The notes under the pieces were generated by a model. It worked only from the letters and a program-made list of their open reading frames with translations. It had not been told where the DNA came from and searched no databases. From an uncultured Planctomycetaceae bacterium (GTDB taxonomy: Bacteria > Planctomycetota > Planctomycetia > Isosphaerales > Isosphaeraceae), in assembly GCA_963833985.1 (NCBI GenBank), contig CAWIAD010000002.1:6368001-6432000 (forward strand): 64,000 bases of DNA, read 5' to 3'. Positions 62,560-64,000 of this stretch are shown in pieces (position 1 is the stretch's first letter; each line of letters begins with the position of its first letter). The position numbers were made by a program, and so were the translations under genes.

Positions 62560-63576
62560 TTGACGGAGCAGATCGTCTCTCATCTCGGATACGTCGGCAT
62601 CGCCCTGATCTTGATCCTGGGCGGCGTCGGTCTTCCCATTCCCGAGGAAGCCCCCGTGATCCTGGCGGCCGTCCTGTCGCGGAGCGGCAAGATGGTCCCC
62701 GCGCTGGCCCTGGCCACATGCCTGATCGGAGTGCTGCTGGGGGATTTTGTGGTCTACTTCCTTGGGTTTTATTATGGCGAGAAGGTGCTCAGCCTGCCTT
62801 TGACCCGGCGCTTTCTGACCCGCGCCCGCGAAGCCCAGATCAAGGGCTATTTTCACCGTCACGGTTTCAAGATCCTGATCCTGGGCCGGTTCGCCGTGGG
62901 CTTTCGCACGGCAGCCTACATGACCGCCGGCATCCTCAAGCTCCCTGCGCTCAAGCTTTTCTTCACCGACCTGATCGCCGCGTCGCTGAGCACGTTCCTG
63001 ATGTTCGGGCTCGGCTTCATCTTCGCCCAGCAGATCCAGAGCGGGATCCGCGAGATGCAGCAATACTTCGCACTCGCGCTGGCCCTGGGACTGGCGTCCT
63101 GGCTGCTCTACCGCTTTTACATGGGCCGCAAGCGGGCCGGGCTGCCTGTTGGCCCACCAGTGCTCTACGGTGACGAGCCGCCCCTGCCGCCCGACGATCT
63201 CTCGGCGTTTTCCGGGAAGCGGGAACGACTGGCGGAATCACAGGCCGGGCCCGCTCGTTCCCGGACGATCGAGCAAGCGGAGCCGGAGCCGGCACTCACG
63301 GTCGCGGCGCCACCGCCGGCTCCCCCCGTCGCGGCGCCACCGCCGACTGCTCCGGTCGCGGCCCTGCCGCAGGATGCCCCGGTCGCGGCCCTGCCGGCGC
63401 CACTGCCGGAGGTGCCGGCCGCCTCCCAGCCAGACGGCGCCGGCCCGTGTCCCAGCCCGGCGCACCGGCTCCCCGGCGATGAGGCGATGGCCGTGGCGTT
63501 CCAGGAAGCGCACGCAAATTCGCGTGCCGGTGCGCACGCGCCATTGCCAGGTCGGGCAGAGCCAAAGTCGTGTTGA
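62560..63576 (+). CDS. DedA family protein with Pro/Ala-rich C-terminal tail
   Basis: GLPIPEE, GD.VVY.LG, GRFAVGFR..AY.TAG. TTG start after AGGAG. Confidence 0.88.
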   Translation: MTEQIVSHLGYVGIALILILGGVGLPIPEEAPVILAAVLSRSGKMVPALALATCLIGVLLGDFVVYFLGFYYGEKVLSLPLTRRFLTRAREAQIKGYFHRHGFKILILGRFAVGFRTAAYMTAGILKLPALKLFFTDLIAASLSTFLMFGLGFIFAQQIQSGIREMQQYFALALALGLASWLLYRFYMGRKRAGLPVGPPVLYGDEPPLPPDDLSAFSGKRERLAESQAGPARSRTIEQAEPEPALTVAAPPPAPPVAAPPPTAPVAALPQDAPVAALPAPLPEVPAASQPDGAGPCPSPAHRLPGDEAMAVAFQEAHANSRAGAHAPLPGRAEPKSC

Positions 63577-63950
63577 CCGATGCGGCTCTTCCTGATACTT
63601 TCCCGCCGTCTTGACCAGTCTCATCACTGGATCAAGTCATGCTTGAAATGACGGAGCTGTCGTTCTGGCCAGCAGAGGCGTGTCCGCTCGCGCAGGAAAC
63701 TCCGGGCCGCTCCCGGCGGATGCCGAGGCAGGTGGCTCATCATGCCGCGGGTCGGGTTGCAAGGACGGTGGTTCCGCGAGGAGGCCGCGGCTCGCCTGGC
63801 CGTGCAGGCTTCCTCCCCCCGGGCTCGATGCAAAGCTGCCCGCGGGGCCCGTCCGGAGTCGTTCTCCGGCCGGCGAGTTAAGGATCGACTCGCACGGGGG
63901 AAATCATTGCCTCGATGACTTCCCCGGATCAACCCTGGAAGATCGCTCGA

Positions 63951-64000
63951 ATGAACAAAATTCCTTTCGCCCTGGCCCTGGGGGCTGGTCTCGTGCTGAG
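63951..64000 (+). CDS. 3'-partial CDS, probable signal peptide
   Basis: MNKIPFALALGAGLVL runs off the window edge. Confidence 0.5.
   Translation, partial: MNKIPFALALGAGLVL

Overview
GC-rich bacterial chromosomal DNA that looks like Planctomycetota, probably Isosphaeraceae-like. This is inferred from ECF sigma/Ser-Thr kinase pairs, PEP-CTERM, TIGR03067 and four LEPR-XLL-type exported proteins. Core or near-core content: thrS, pdxH, a NikMN-Q-O ECF transporter with a near-perfect NikR operator, ABC-2 exporter, DedA, MFS, a sulfatase-FadL-lipoprotein cluster, GGDEF/HD-GYP, three large Ser/Thr kinases and giant FG-GAP and beta-helix surface proteins. Several long genes carry single-base frameshifts, most likely assembly errors. 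The most notable region is about 29.0-36.0 kb. A Y1/HUH (RAYT-like) transposase sits in an array punctuated by stuttered inverted end motifs (GGAGAG-n-AACGGGACA ... TGTCCCGTTT). The same ends bracket a non-autonomous copy carrying a Phd-VapC toxin-antitoxin pair and an empty ~60 bp mini-element. They also delimit cargo segments containing whole or truncated genes (tauE, monooxygenase, PIN, dinB, yhcG, hsdS, antitoxin). This suggests an integron-like, HUH-transposase-built gene-capture array, which is inference and untested. No rRNA, tRNA or CRISPR array was seen. Family calls come from motif recognition only; no database searches were run.
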